Notes: generated from the sequence alone by a model not told the origin. Shown: positions 9,345 through 16,703, numbered from the stretch's first letter. The stretch is 64,000 nucleotides of DNA from Clostridia bacterium (GCA_017483305.1 JAFULC010000023.1:16702-80701); one strand, 5' to 3'. Made by a program: numbers and translations.

Positions 9345-9406
9345 TTACCGCACAGGAGGTGTAGTATGCTATCCGATTTTTTGAAAAGCGGTGTTGGTTT
9401 TTCTTA

Positions 9407-9435
9407 ATTTTATCATACGACGGCAAAAATGTCAA
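9407..9435 (-). promoter_or_regulatory. Sigma-A type promoter for the flavin-reductase-like gene
   Basis: On the minus strand: TTGACA (9430-9435), a 17-nt spacer, then TAAAAT (9407-9412) preceded by TGA. Confidence 0.55.
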
Positions 9436-9464
9436 TAAAAGGGGCAAAATTTTGCCTCAGATGC

Positions 9465-9493
9465 TTGAAATGGCAGAGATTTAGTGATATAAT
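9465..9493 (+). promoter_or_regulatory. Sigma-A type promoter for the aminotransferase gene
   Basis: TTGAAA (9465-9470), a 17-nt spacer, then TATAAT (9488-9493) preceded by TGA. Confidence 0.55.
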
Positions 9494-9528
9494 TTCAATA
9501 TGATAGAGCGAAAACGGAGAAAAACGTT

Positions 9529-10740
9529 ATGAATTACACCTTTTCAAAGAAAATTGCGGATCTCAAGCCGTCGGCGATAAGAGAGATTCTCAAGGCGCCC
9601 GCAACTGCCGAGACGATCAGCTTTGCTGCCGGCAATCCCGCGCCCGAGAGCTTCCCTGTGGCAGATATGGCACGGATATCCGCTGATATATACGAAAGCT
9701 CCGCGGCAAAGGCACTTCAATACGGCGCGACCGACGGATACTTCCCTTTGCGCGAGGCTATTGCCAAGAGGCAGAAGGCGATCTTCAATATCGGCAGATC
9801 GGTTGCCGAGGGGGACCGCTTTAACGACGAAACGATAGTGGTTTCGGGCGGTCAGCAAGGCATTGAGCTTGCTTGCAAGGTCTTTTGCAACGAGGGGGAT
9901 GCGGTCATTTGCGAAAATCCCACGTTTATCGGAGCGCTGAATGCTTTTAGGTCAAACGGTGCGACTGTTGCCGGGGTTACGCTTGAGGACGACGGAATGA
10001 ATATCGAGGAGCTTGAGTCGGTGATCAAGTCGACACCGAACGCGAGGCTTATCTACGTTATTCCGACCTTTCACAACCCCTGCGGTATCACGACGTCTTA
10101 CGAAAAGCGCGTTAAGATATACGAGCTTGCGAAAAAGCACGGTCTTATGATCCTTGAGGACAATCCCTACGGCGAGCTTCGCTTTGCGGGTGAGGATATT
10201 CCCACGATAAAGAGCATGGACGAGGACGGCATAGTTATCTACTGCTCGACCTTCTCGAAAATACTTTCGGCAGGAATGAGAGTCGGATTTGTGATCGCGC
10301 CCGAGGCGGTGACATCCAAAATGGTGGTCTCGAAGCAGACCAGCGACGTTCACACCACTCTCTTTTTCCAGATGCTTTGCTACCGATACATGACCGAGTG
10401 CGATCTTGACGGTCACATTCGCGATATTCAGAAGATTTATGGGCACAAGTGCTCGCTGATGCTCGAATGTCTTGACCGCGAGCTGCCGAAATCGGTGAAA
10501 TTTACACGTCCCGAGGGCGGTCTGTTCATTTGGGGCACTCTGCCCGACAAGGTAGATGCTGCCGAATTTATCAGAAAAGCAAGCGAGAGAAACGTGCGCG
10601 TGGTTCCCGGCTCTGCCTTTAACTGCGACACCGACGCGCCCTCAAATTCCTTCCGTCTTAACTACAGCACGCCCTCCGATGAGCAGATCGTTACGGGTAT
10701 CCGCGTACTCGGCGAGCTTGCGCGTGAGATGGGGCTTTGA
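9529..10740 (+). CDS. PLP-dependent aminotransferase, class I/II (2-aminoadipate/aromatic aminotransferase-like)
   Basis: 403 aa. The N-terminal pattern is KPSAIREIL...ISFAAGNP. The PLP-lysine context is STFSKILSAGMRVGF, and the C-terminal pattern is VPGSAF. Confidence 0.8.
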   Translation: MNYTFSKKIADLKPSAIREILKAPATAETISFAAGNPAPESFPVADMARISADIYESSAAKALQYGATDGYFPLREAIAKRQKAIFNIGRSVAEGDRFNDETIVVSGGQQGIELACKVFCNEGDAVICENPTFIGALNAFRSNGATVAGVTLEDDGMNIEELESVIKSTPNARLIYVIPTFHNPCGITTSYEKRVKIYELAKKHGLMILEDNPYGELRFAGEDIPTIKSMDEDGIVIYCSTFSKILSAGMRVGFVIAPEAVTSKMVVSKQTSDVHTTLFFQMLCYRYMTECDLDGHIRDIQKIYGHKCSLMLECLDRELPKSVKFTRPEGGLFIWGTLPDKVDAAEFIRKASERNVRVVPGSAFNCDTDAPSNSFRLNYSTPSDEQIVTGIRVLGELAREMGL

Positions 10741-10754
10741 GGAATTTTCAAAAT
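10729..10754 (+). repeat. Left 26-nt direct repeat bounding the cassette; overlaps the last 3 codons and stop of the aminotransferase
   Basis: ATGGGGCTTTGAGGAATTTTCAAAAT. The same 26-mer with one G/T difference recurs at 15247-15272. Confidence 0.85.
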
Positions 10755-10783
10755 TTCGATACGCAAAAGACAGTTTTTCTCGG

Positions 10784-10812
10784 TTGACACAAGAAGAAAC
10801 AAATTGTATAAT
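10784..10812 (+). promoter_or_regulatory. Consensus sigma-A promoter of the cassette
   Basis: TTGACA (10784-10789), a 17-nt spacer, then TATAAT (10807-10812). The RBS AAGGAGA lies upstream of the ATG at 10860. Confidence 0.65.
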
Positions 10813-10859
10813 AATATCACAACGTCACGCGACGGACATTTACACAAGGAGATAGAAAA

Positions 10860-11534
10860 ATGCTGCATTTTTTGGGCGACGGCTCTGCATTTAACGTGGA
10901 TTCAAATAACACCTCTGCGTATATCAAAAAGGGTGATGCCATGATTCTTTTTGACTGCGGCGAGCGTATATGCAACGTCATCATCAAGGCAGGAATTCTT
11001 GAGGGGATCAAAAGGCTTCACCTCTTTATCACCCACACTCACAGCGATCATATTGGCTCGCTTGAAGGATTTATCTACTATATCCATTACTTTACGGATA
11101 TAAAGCTGTCGGTCTACTATCCCCACACCTCGCGTCTCGATAAGATGATGCGTATGCAGGGCCTTGAGTTTGAGTATGCGACACTTCCCGTGCCCGAGCA
11201 GGTCGAGGGATACCGCGTAGATGCGGTAAGACAAAAGCATATGTTCGGAGCATACGGCTTCTTTTTCTACTCTGAGGGCGACTCCTTCTTCTTCAGCGGT
11301 GACACCTCGGTGATAAGCAAGCGTGCAAAAAAGGAGCTTTGCGAGGGCAAGATCGATGTTATTTACCACGAGGTAAGCTTTTCGGATTCTCCCATTCACA
11401 CACCCATAGCGGACCTTGAAAAAGCATTTCCGATGGAGATAAGAGACAAGGTCTATCTTATGCATTTTGCAAACGACGCCTGCCGCGAGATGGCGGCGGC
11501 CAAAGGATTTTCGGTCGTTTCGGTCGAGTATTAA
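10860..11534 (+). CDS. Metallo-beta-lactamase fold hydrolase (small stand-alone, phosphodiesterase/nuclease-like)
   Basis: 224 aa. The motif is LFITHTHSDHIGSL, i.e. H59-x-H61-x-D63-H64. Downstream metal-ligand candidates are QKHMFG, FSGDT and VIYHEVSF. Confidence 0.8.
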   Translation: MLHFLGDGSAFNVDSNNTSAYIKKGDAMILFDCGERICNVIIKAGILEGIKRLHLFITHTHSDHIGSLEGFIYYIHYFTDIKLSVYYPHTSRLDKMMRMQGLEFEYATLPVPEQVEGYRVDAVRQKHMFGAYGFFFYSEGDSFFFSGDTSVISKRAKKELCEGKIDVIYHEVSFSDSPIHTPIADLEKAFPMEIRDKVYLMHFANDACREMAAAKGFSVVSVEY

Positions 11535-11558
11535 GTTTGAAAAGGAATTACTATTGAT

Positions 11559-14399
11559 ATGAATTCAAAAAACATATTCATAAGCTACGGACACGGCATT
11601 CAGGATCACGCCGTAAAGCGCCTGGCGGATGACCTTCGGGAATTCGGATTTCAGGTGTTTTTGGACGTTGATTATTTGAAAATGGGTGACTGGGAAAAAA
11701 TAATCGACGAGCATATCATTGCCTCAAAATATTTTCTCTTTATGGTATCCTCGCGCTCGGTAGCTCACGACGGATATTGCCTCAACGAGCTTTGTCGCGC
11801 AGGTGAAAACTCTGCTGAGATCATCCCCATAAAGCTTGACGAGTCTATGCTTCCGCTCTCAATAAACAAGCATCAGCGTCTGTCTATGATCCCCTGTATT
11901 TCCCCCGACGGCACTATTATAGAGTCGGTCTACAAGAACTTTCTTGTAAATCTGGTCGAGATCCTCTCGGGCAAGACTGCTCTTGGCTTCTCGGACGCGG
12001 ATATGCGACTTCGCGGTGCGCTCAAGCCCGTATTCTCAAAGGACCTGACGTACAGTTATTACGCGACCTTCTGCGGAAGACGCGACGTGTTTGCAAAGGT
12101 TGAAAGCTTTATTAATTCAAATAAAAACATATTCTGGCTCAACGCTGCACCCGGAACGGGTAAGACGGCGTTTTCATCCATGCTTACCTGGCGCTATCCC
12201 GAGATCGTCGGTGCGGCGCACTTTTGCAAGTTCAACAACTCCGACCGAGTTAACCCCAAGGTAATAATCTCGTCCATAGCATATCAGCTCTCGGAAAGCA
12301 TCCCTGCATACCGCGAAAAGCTTTTGGGACTTATGGAGCTTGACTCTCTCTTTGAGAAAAATCCCGCGAGGATATTTGAATATCTTATCGTCGAGCCTCT
12401 CAGCACAATAGAGCGTGAGACCCCCGTCCTTGTGGTAATAGACGCACTCGACGAATGCTCATGGCGAGGCAGTAACGAGATATGCACCATACTTCAACAT
12501 ACACGTGAGAATTTGCCGCATTGGCTCAAATTCTTCTTGACCAGCCGCAACGAAGCGATAATAAGAAGAACACTTCTGCCCATCGCGCAAACCTACACGC
12601 TCTCCGAATCGAAGACCGAGGATGATCTGCGTGAGTATTACAGAATGCAGTTCCCGAGCGCTACGAGTGACAAGATCGAGCTTCTGCTTACAAAGAGCGA
12701 CGGATCCTTCCTTTACGCCAGCGAAATAGTAAAGCAGATAAAGGAAGAAAATCTTTCACTTGACGACATAAATTTCTTCCCGATAGGCATCTACGGCTTT
12801 TACAATGATTGCTTCTCGCGTATTTTCGACAGCAACAACGAGGACGCACTCGACTACAACACCGTAAAGCCTCTCTTTGAGCTTCTTTGCATAGAGCAAG
12901 AGCCGACCGAGCTTTCCTTCCTCGAGGATTTTCTCGATTGGGACGAATATACCTTAAAGAATATCCTTTCCCGCATAAACGGACTTTTCCCCACCAAGAA
13001 CGGTTTTATAGAGCCGCTGCACAAATCCATTATAGACTGGCTGACAAGCGACGATATGGGGCAGCTCTTCTATATCAGCCGCAAGAACGGATACAAGCGA
13101 CTCCTCGCCTACATAGAGGATGAATATACAAATGGCAAGTGGCACAAGAATAAATACGTTCTCAAGTATTTCGGCTTTGTGCTTATTGAGCTCAAGCGCT
13201 ACGATCGACTTGCCGACATTCTTTCGGACTGTGCGCTCGTCGAGGAAATGATAGACTATTTTGAGTTCGATTCGGGACTTGAAAGCTATCTCTCCGAGCT
13301 TGAGATACTCAACGAAAACGCCAAGGAGCGATGCCTTGAGCTTCTCACCGGCGCAACGTTTATCAAGATATTCTCCGAGAACAGACGCTTGCTTTACAAC
13401 TCGGGAATGTTCTTCAAGCTCAAGCAGCTTGGACTGTCGGTGGCTCTCCGTCAGGACACCAGCGATTGGGGACTTGAGGGTGAGGTAGGAAAGGTATTTT
13501 ACTACTACATCGTCGAGGATTTTGCCAAGGCGATAAAAAAGGCGGCAGGACTTATATCACGCGGCGAGGGCGGCGAGATGACCGCGTCCATACTTTCCGA
13601 GCTATACAACGTAAAGGGGCTCTCGGAGCGAAAGATCGTGCGCTTCGACGATGCGCTCGAGAGCTTTGAGAAGAGCATCGAGTACGCCGAGGTGGCGATA
13701 GATGAGATGGATACCACGCACAGCGACGCCGAGTTTGAGCTATCGCTTGCATATCTGATAAAGGGCAAGATATTTCTCAGTACCCTGCGCTTTGATGAAA
13801 GCAACAAGAGCTGCAAGAAGGCGATCAAGGTGCTCTCCCGAAAGATCGACGAGATGCCCGACTCCGATAAGCGCATATCCAATCTGCTGTTTTTAGCCGA
13901 GGATTATCGCGTATCCGCTTACGGCTACATCTGGCAGGGAGAGTATGAGATGGCGGCGGACAGACTGCTCTCTGCTGAGGAGATCTACCGCGAAAACAGC
14001 AACACTGTCGACAGATATTATATACGCTTTTTGTACACGTCGATCTTTCTCAAGATAATGGAAGGCAAAACGTCGGGGGTACTTGACGAGCTAAAGCAGC
14101 TTCTCTGCGAGGTCTCAAGCTCAAAGTATGACAAGGGACAGCTGCATTTCCTGACAGCACTCGAGATATTCCTTAATCATAAGGACGATATGGAGCTTGC
14201 CGCAGAGGGACTGAAGCACGCAAGAAGCGGCTCGGATATTTACGAGTCAATCGACGCGTTGCTTGAAAAGGCGGAATGCGATCTTATGATAAAGTATCTT
14301 TCCTCACGCATAGGCAAGAGAGCGCTTATTGATGAGGAAGATAACGAATACGTAGAAGAATGGATCAGCTATCTCGATTCCATTCTGAGCAAAAGATAA
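11559..14399 (+). CDS. TIR-NACHT-TPR protein (bacterial NLR-like STAND NTPase; candidate antiphage sensor/effector)
   Basis: 946 aa. The N-terminal TIR region has IFISYGH...FLDVDYL...KYFLFMVS...DGYCLNEL, with the catalytic-type Glu at E77. Walker A is NAAPGTGKT (K202), Walker B is VLVVIDALDEC (D295, D298-E299), and FLTSRNE is a NACHT-type sensor motif. The C-terminal ~400 aa are helical and TPR-like. Confidence 0.8.
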   Translation: MNSKNIFISYGHGIQDHAVKRLADDLREFGFQVFLDVDYLKMGDWEKIIDEHIIASKYFLFMVSSRSVAHDGYCLNELCRAGENSAEIIPIKLDESMLPLSINKHQRLSMIPCISPDGTIIESVYKNFLVNLVEILSGKTALGFSDADMRLRGALKPVFSKDLTYSYYATFCGRRDVFAKVESFINSNKNIFWLNAAPGTGKTAFSSMLTWRYPEIVGAAHFCKFNNSDRVNPKVIISSIAYQLSESIPAYREKLLGLMELDSLFEKNPARIFEYLIVEPLSTIERETPVLVVIDALDECSWRGSNEICTILQHTRENLPHWLKFFLTSRNEAIIRRTLLPIAQTYTLSESKTEDDLREYYRMQFPSATSDKIELLLTKSDGSFLYASEIVKQIKEENLSLDDINFFPIGIYGFYNDCFSRIFDSNNEDALDYNTVKPLFELLCIEQEPTELSFLEDFLDWDEYTLKNILSRINGLFPTKNGFIEPLHKSIIDWLTSDDMGQLFYISRKNGYKRLLAYIEDEYTNGKWHKNKYVLKYFGFVLIELKRYDRLADILSDCALVEEMIDYFEFDSGLESYLSELEILNENAKERCLELLTGATFIKIFSENRRLLYNSGMFFKLKQLGLSVALRQDTSDWGLEGEVGKVFYYYIVEDFAKAIKKAAGLISRGEGGEMTASILSELYNVKGLSERKIVRFDDALESFEKSIEYAEVAIDEMDTTHSDAEFELSLAYLIKGKIFLSTLRFDESNKSCKKAIKVLSRKIDEMPDSDKRISNLLFLAEDYRVSAYGYIWQGEYEMAADRLLSAEEIYRENSNTVDRYYIRFLYTSIFLKIMEGKTSGVLDELKQLLCEVSSSKYDKGQLHFLTALEIFLNHKDDMELAAEGLKHARSGSDIYESIDALLEKAECDLMIKYLSSRIGKRALIDEEDNEYVEEWISYLDSILSKR

Positions 14400-14415
14400 T
14401 TTATAGGAGCAATAT

Positions 14416-15192
14416 ATGAATATCAATTCGCTGATGCTCCGTCTGACGGAGATAACGAAGGAGGCGGGAGCGCGACTGCTTGCGCAGACGGTAACCGTGA
14501 ACAGTCACAAGACAAAAAATGATCTTCTGACCGAAAACGATCTCGCCACGGAAAACTATATTATTTCCGAGCTGAAAAAATATTATCCCGATGTAAATAT
14601 CATCAGTGAGGAATACAATCCCGACAATGAGCTTGAGGGAGTTACCGTAATAATCGATCCCATTGACGGCACTTGCAATTATGCGGTCGGAATGGATCTT
14701 TTCGGCATACAGCTTGCAGTCTTTGAGGATAATGTGTGCCGTGCATCGCTGCTTTACTTCCCTGTCAGCGGCGACATTTATACCGCGGAAAAGGGCAAGG
14801 GCGCATATCTCAACGGAAAGCCCTTGAGAGTTGATACGGGTGCAACTCCGAGAAATGGGATGCTCTTTATCAGCGACTACTACGACTCTATCGGAATACC
14901 GATGGATAAGCAGTTTGGTCTTGTAAAAGCGCTTCAAAAGCACTTTTTGAAGACACGTCACTTTGGTGCGGCATGCGTGGATTTTTCCATGATCGCAAAG
15001 GGACACGGCGTGGCATATATTACGTATTACCACAAGATCTGGGATATCGCCCCGGGGCTTTTGATCGCCACCGAGGCCGGATGCGTAAGCGGCGGTCTGG
15101 ACGGAGAGTACCGATACGGTGAGCCCGGACTTGTAGTCGCAACAAACAGCGAAACGCTCGAGCTTATCCGCAGACTTTACCGAGAGGTGTAG
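14416..15192 (+). CDS. Inositol monophosphatase family phosphatase (IMPase/SuhB/CysQ-like)
   Basis: 258 aa. Motifs are ISEEYNP (E65-E66), VIIDPIDGTCNY (D81, D84, T86) and KIWDIAPG. The RBS TAGGAGC lies 8 nt upstream. The start is 16 nt after the stop of the TIR-NACHT gene. Confidence 0.8.
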   Translation: MNINSLMLRLTEITKEAGARLLAQTVTVNSHKTKNDLLTENDLATENYIISELKKYYPDVNIISEEYNPDNELEGVTVIIDPIDGTCNYAVGMDLFGIQLAVFEDNVCRASLLYFPVSGDIYTAEKGKGAYLNGKPLRVDTGATPRNGMLFISDYYDSIGIPMDKQFGLVKALQKHFLKTRHFGAACVDFSMIAKGHGVAYITYYHKIWDIAPGLLIATEAGCVSGGLDGEYRYGEPGLVVATNSETLELIRRLYREV

Positions 15193-15246
15193 TTTTGCGG
15201 TTAAAAAGGATCTGTTCTCAAAAAATGAAATGTAACAATTTCGAAA

Positions 15247-15272
15247 ATGGGTCTTTGAGGAATTTTCAAAAT
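15247..15272 (+). repeat. Right 26-nt direct repeat bounding the cassette
   Basis: ATGGGTCTTTGAGGAATTTTCAAAAT, identical to 10729-10754 at 25 of 26 positions. It lies immediately upstream of the trpS T-box promoter. Confidence 0.85.
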
Positions 15273-15276
15273 CTTA

Positions 15277-15305
15277 TTGACAAATCAGATTTTGTGTGCT
15301 ACAAT
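15277..15305 (+). promoter_or_regulatory. Sigma-A promoter of the trpS T-box leader
   Basis: TTGACA (15277-15282), a 17-nt spacer, then TACAAT (15300-15305). Confidence 0.65.
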
Positions 15306-15311
15306 AGTCAC

Positions 15312-15606
15312 ATCAAACCGATGAGGAAGATTAGTAGGTCATTTCCCTTCTGTACAGAGAGCCGCGGATGATGAGAGCGCGGTCAGAACAAACGGCTGAA
15401 TGGACTTCCGAGGGTGAACGGAAATTGCATCATTAGGGTGTGGGAGTATGGGAGACGGAGGCGACTCTCCGTGAAAAAAGGTCGGCATATTACGTATGCG
15501 CAAAGAGGACGTTTTTCGTCAAGCGGGGTGGCACCGCAGGAATTTTGTTTTATTCCTGTCCCTGTACTGATAGGCTTTTCCTATCGTACGGGACAGGTTT
15601 TTTATT
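15312..15606 (+). promoter_or_regulatory. T-box leader (tRNA-Trp responsive) with terminator/antiterminator
   Basis: An AGAGA box lies near 15356. The specifier-loop context GAA-TGG-A places the Trp codon TGG at 15401-15403. The T-box sequence AAGCGGGGTGGCACCGCAGG is at 15521-15540; its UGGC would pair with an NCCA end carrying a G discriminator. The terminator stem CCTGTCCCTGTAC...GTACGGGACAGG plus TTTTTT is at 15555-15606. Confidence 0.85.
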
Positions 15607-15635
15607 TTGTAATTATTTTTTGGAGGATATACATT

Positions 15636-16637
15636 ATGTTTAACGATCAGAAGGTCTCTTTTTCCGGCGTTCAGCCCAGCGGAAATCTGACTATTGGAAA
15701 TTATCTTGGTGCGATCAAGAATTTTTCCGCTTACTCCGAGCAGTACAAGTGCTTTTACTGTGTTGTTGACGAGCACGCGATAACCGTTCGTCAGGTCCCT
15801 GCCGACCTGCGCCGTCGCACCTACGAAACGCTTGCGCTCTACATGGCTTGCGGTCTTGACCCCGACAAGAATACGCTTTACGTTCAGTCACACGTAAAGG
15901 AGCACGCCGAGCTTGCATGGCTGCTCAACTGCTTCACCGGCTTCGGTGAGCTTTCGCGCATGACACAGTTCAAGGACAAATCCCAGAAGCACGCCGACAA
16001 CATCAACGCGGGTCTTTTCACATATCCCGTGCTTATGGCGGCTGATATTCTGCTCTATCAGACCGACGTCGTTCCCGTCGGCATCGACCAGAAGCAGCAC
16101 GTTGAGCTCTGCCGCGATATCGCGATGCGCTTCAACTCTATCTATCCCGACACCTTCACTATTCCCGAGCCCATTATGGCGAAGGCAGGCGCGAAGATCA
16201 TGTCTCTTGCCGATCCCACGAAGAAGATGAGCAAGTCCGACGAGAACACCAACGCGGTGGTCTACATTCTCGACGACAGAGACACTATAATCCGTAAATT
16301 CAAGCGTGCCGTTACCGACTCCGACACCTGCGTGCGCTATGCCGAGGGCAAGGACGGTATCAATAATCTGATGACTATTTATTCGGTATTCACTGGTGAA
16401 ACACTCGACGAGATCGAGCGCGAGTTCGAGGGCAAGGGCTACGGCGACTTCAAGCTTGCGGTCGGTGAGGTCTGCGCGGATGCACTCGCACCTGTTCAGG
16501 AGAAGTTCAAGGGCTTTATGTCCGACAAGGCTCAGCTCGAATCTCAGATGAAGAAGGGCGCCGAGGAGGCCTCTTACGTCGCACGCCGCACCCTTTCCAA
16601 GGTTCAGAAAAAGCTTGGATTCGTACAGGTGAGATAA
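15636..16637 (+). CDS. trpS: Tryptophan--tRNA ligase
   Basis: The track ORF starts at 15414, inside the T-box leader. The real start, ATG at 15636, follows GGAGGA. The N-terminus is MFNDQKVSFSGVQPSGNLTIGNYLG, and KMSKS is present (KKMSKSD). Confidence 0.92.
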   Translation: MFNDQKVSFSGVQPSGNLTIGNYLGAIKNFSAYSEQYKCFYCVVDEHAITVRQVPADLRRRTYETLALYMACGLDPDKNTLYVQSHVKEHAELAWLLNCFTGFGELSRMTQFKDKSQKHADNINAGLFTYPVLMAADILLYQTDVVPVGIDQKQHVELCRDIAMRFNSIYPDTFTIPEPIMAKAGAKIMSLADPTKKMSKSDENTNAVVYILDDRDTIIRKFKRAVTDSDTCVRYAEGKDGINNLMTIYSVFTGETLDEIEREFEGKGYGDFKLAVGEVCADALAPVQEKFKGFMSDKAQLESQMKKGAEEASYVARRTLSKVQKKLGFVQVR

Positions 16638-16652
16638 GGGATGAAGGAATTC

Positions 16653-16703
16653 AGGGGAGGGAGAGAACCCTTCTTTGAGGAAGAAGGGTTCTCTCCCTCC
16701 CCT
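16653..16703 (+). repeat. 23-bp perfect inverted repeat (purine-rich arm) downstream of trpS
   Basis: AGGGGAGGGAGAGAACCCTTCTT tgagg AAGAAGGGTTCTCTCCCTCCCCT. No U-tract follows. Confidence 0.8.

Larger units (their letters stand above)
10729..15272 (+). mobile_element. Putative inserted three-gene cassette bounded by direct repeats (no recombinase gene inside)
   Basis: The 26-nt direct repeats flank exactly one promoter plus three co-oriented genes. The right repeat re-encodes M-G-L-stop, the same C-terminus as the aminotransferase. By eye the cassette is somewhat more AT-rich than its flanks. Confidence 0.45.

Noticed and set aside
9268-9447. The shared peptide motif NSSI.IC..(A/D).GGMEI at the N-termini of track ORFs 8680-9447 and 61302-62480.
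   Set aside because: The similarity lies in the nucleotide leader module. Both genes have canonical family N-termini starting at the downstream ATG, preceded by GGAGAT. The upstream extension is non-coding.
10729-15272. Considered calling the cassette a prophage remnant, IS or integrative element.
   Set aside because: No integrase, transposase, terminal inverted repeats or phage structural genes are present. Only the direct repeats support insertion, so it is reported as a repeat-bounded cassette with modest confidence rather than as a named mobile element.
15414-15635. A 74-codon N-terminal extension of the trpS ORF in the track.
   Set aside because: The region contains the T-box specifier, the T-box sequence and a terminator hairpin. 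The canonical TrpRS N-terminus begins at the ATG at 15636, which has a GGAGGA RBS.
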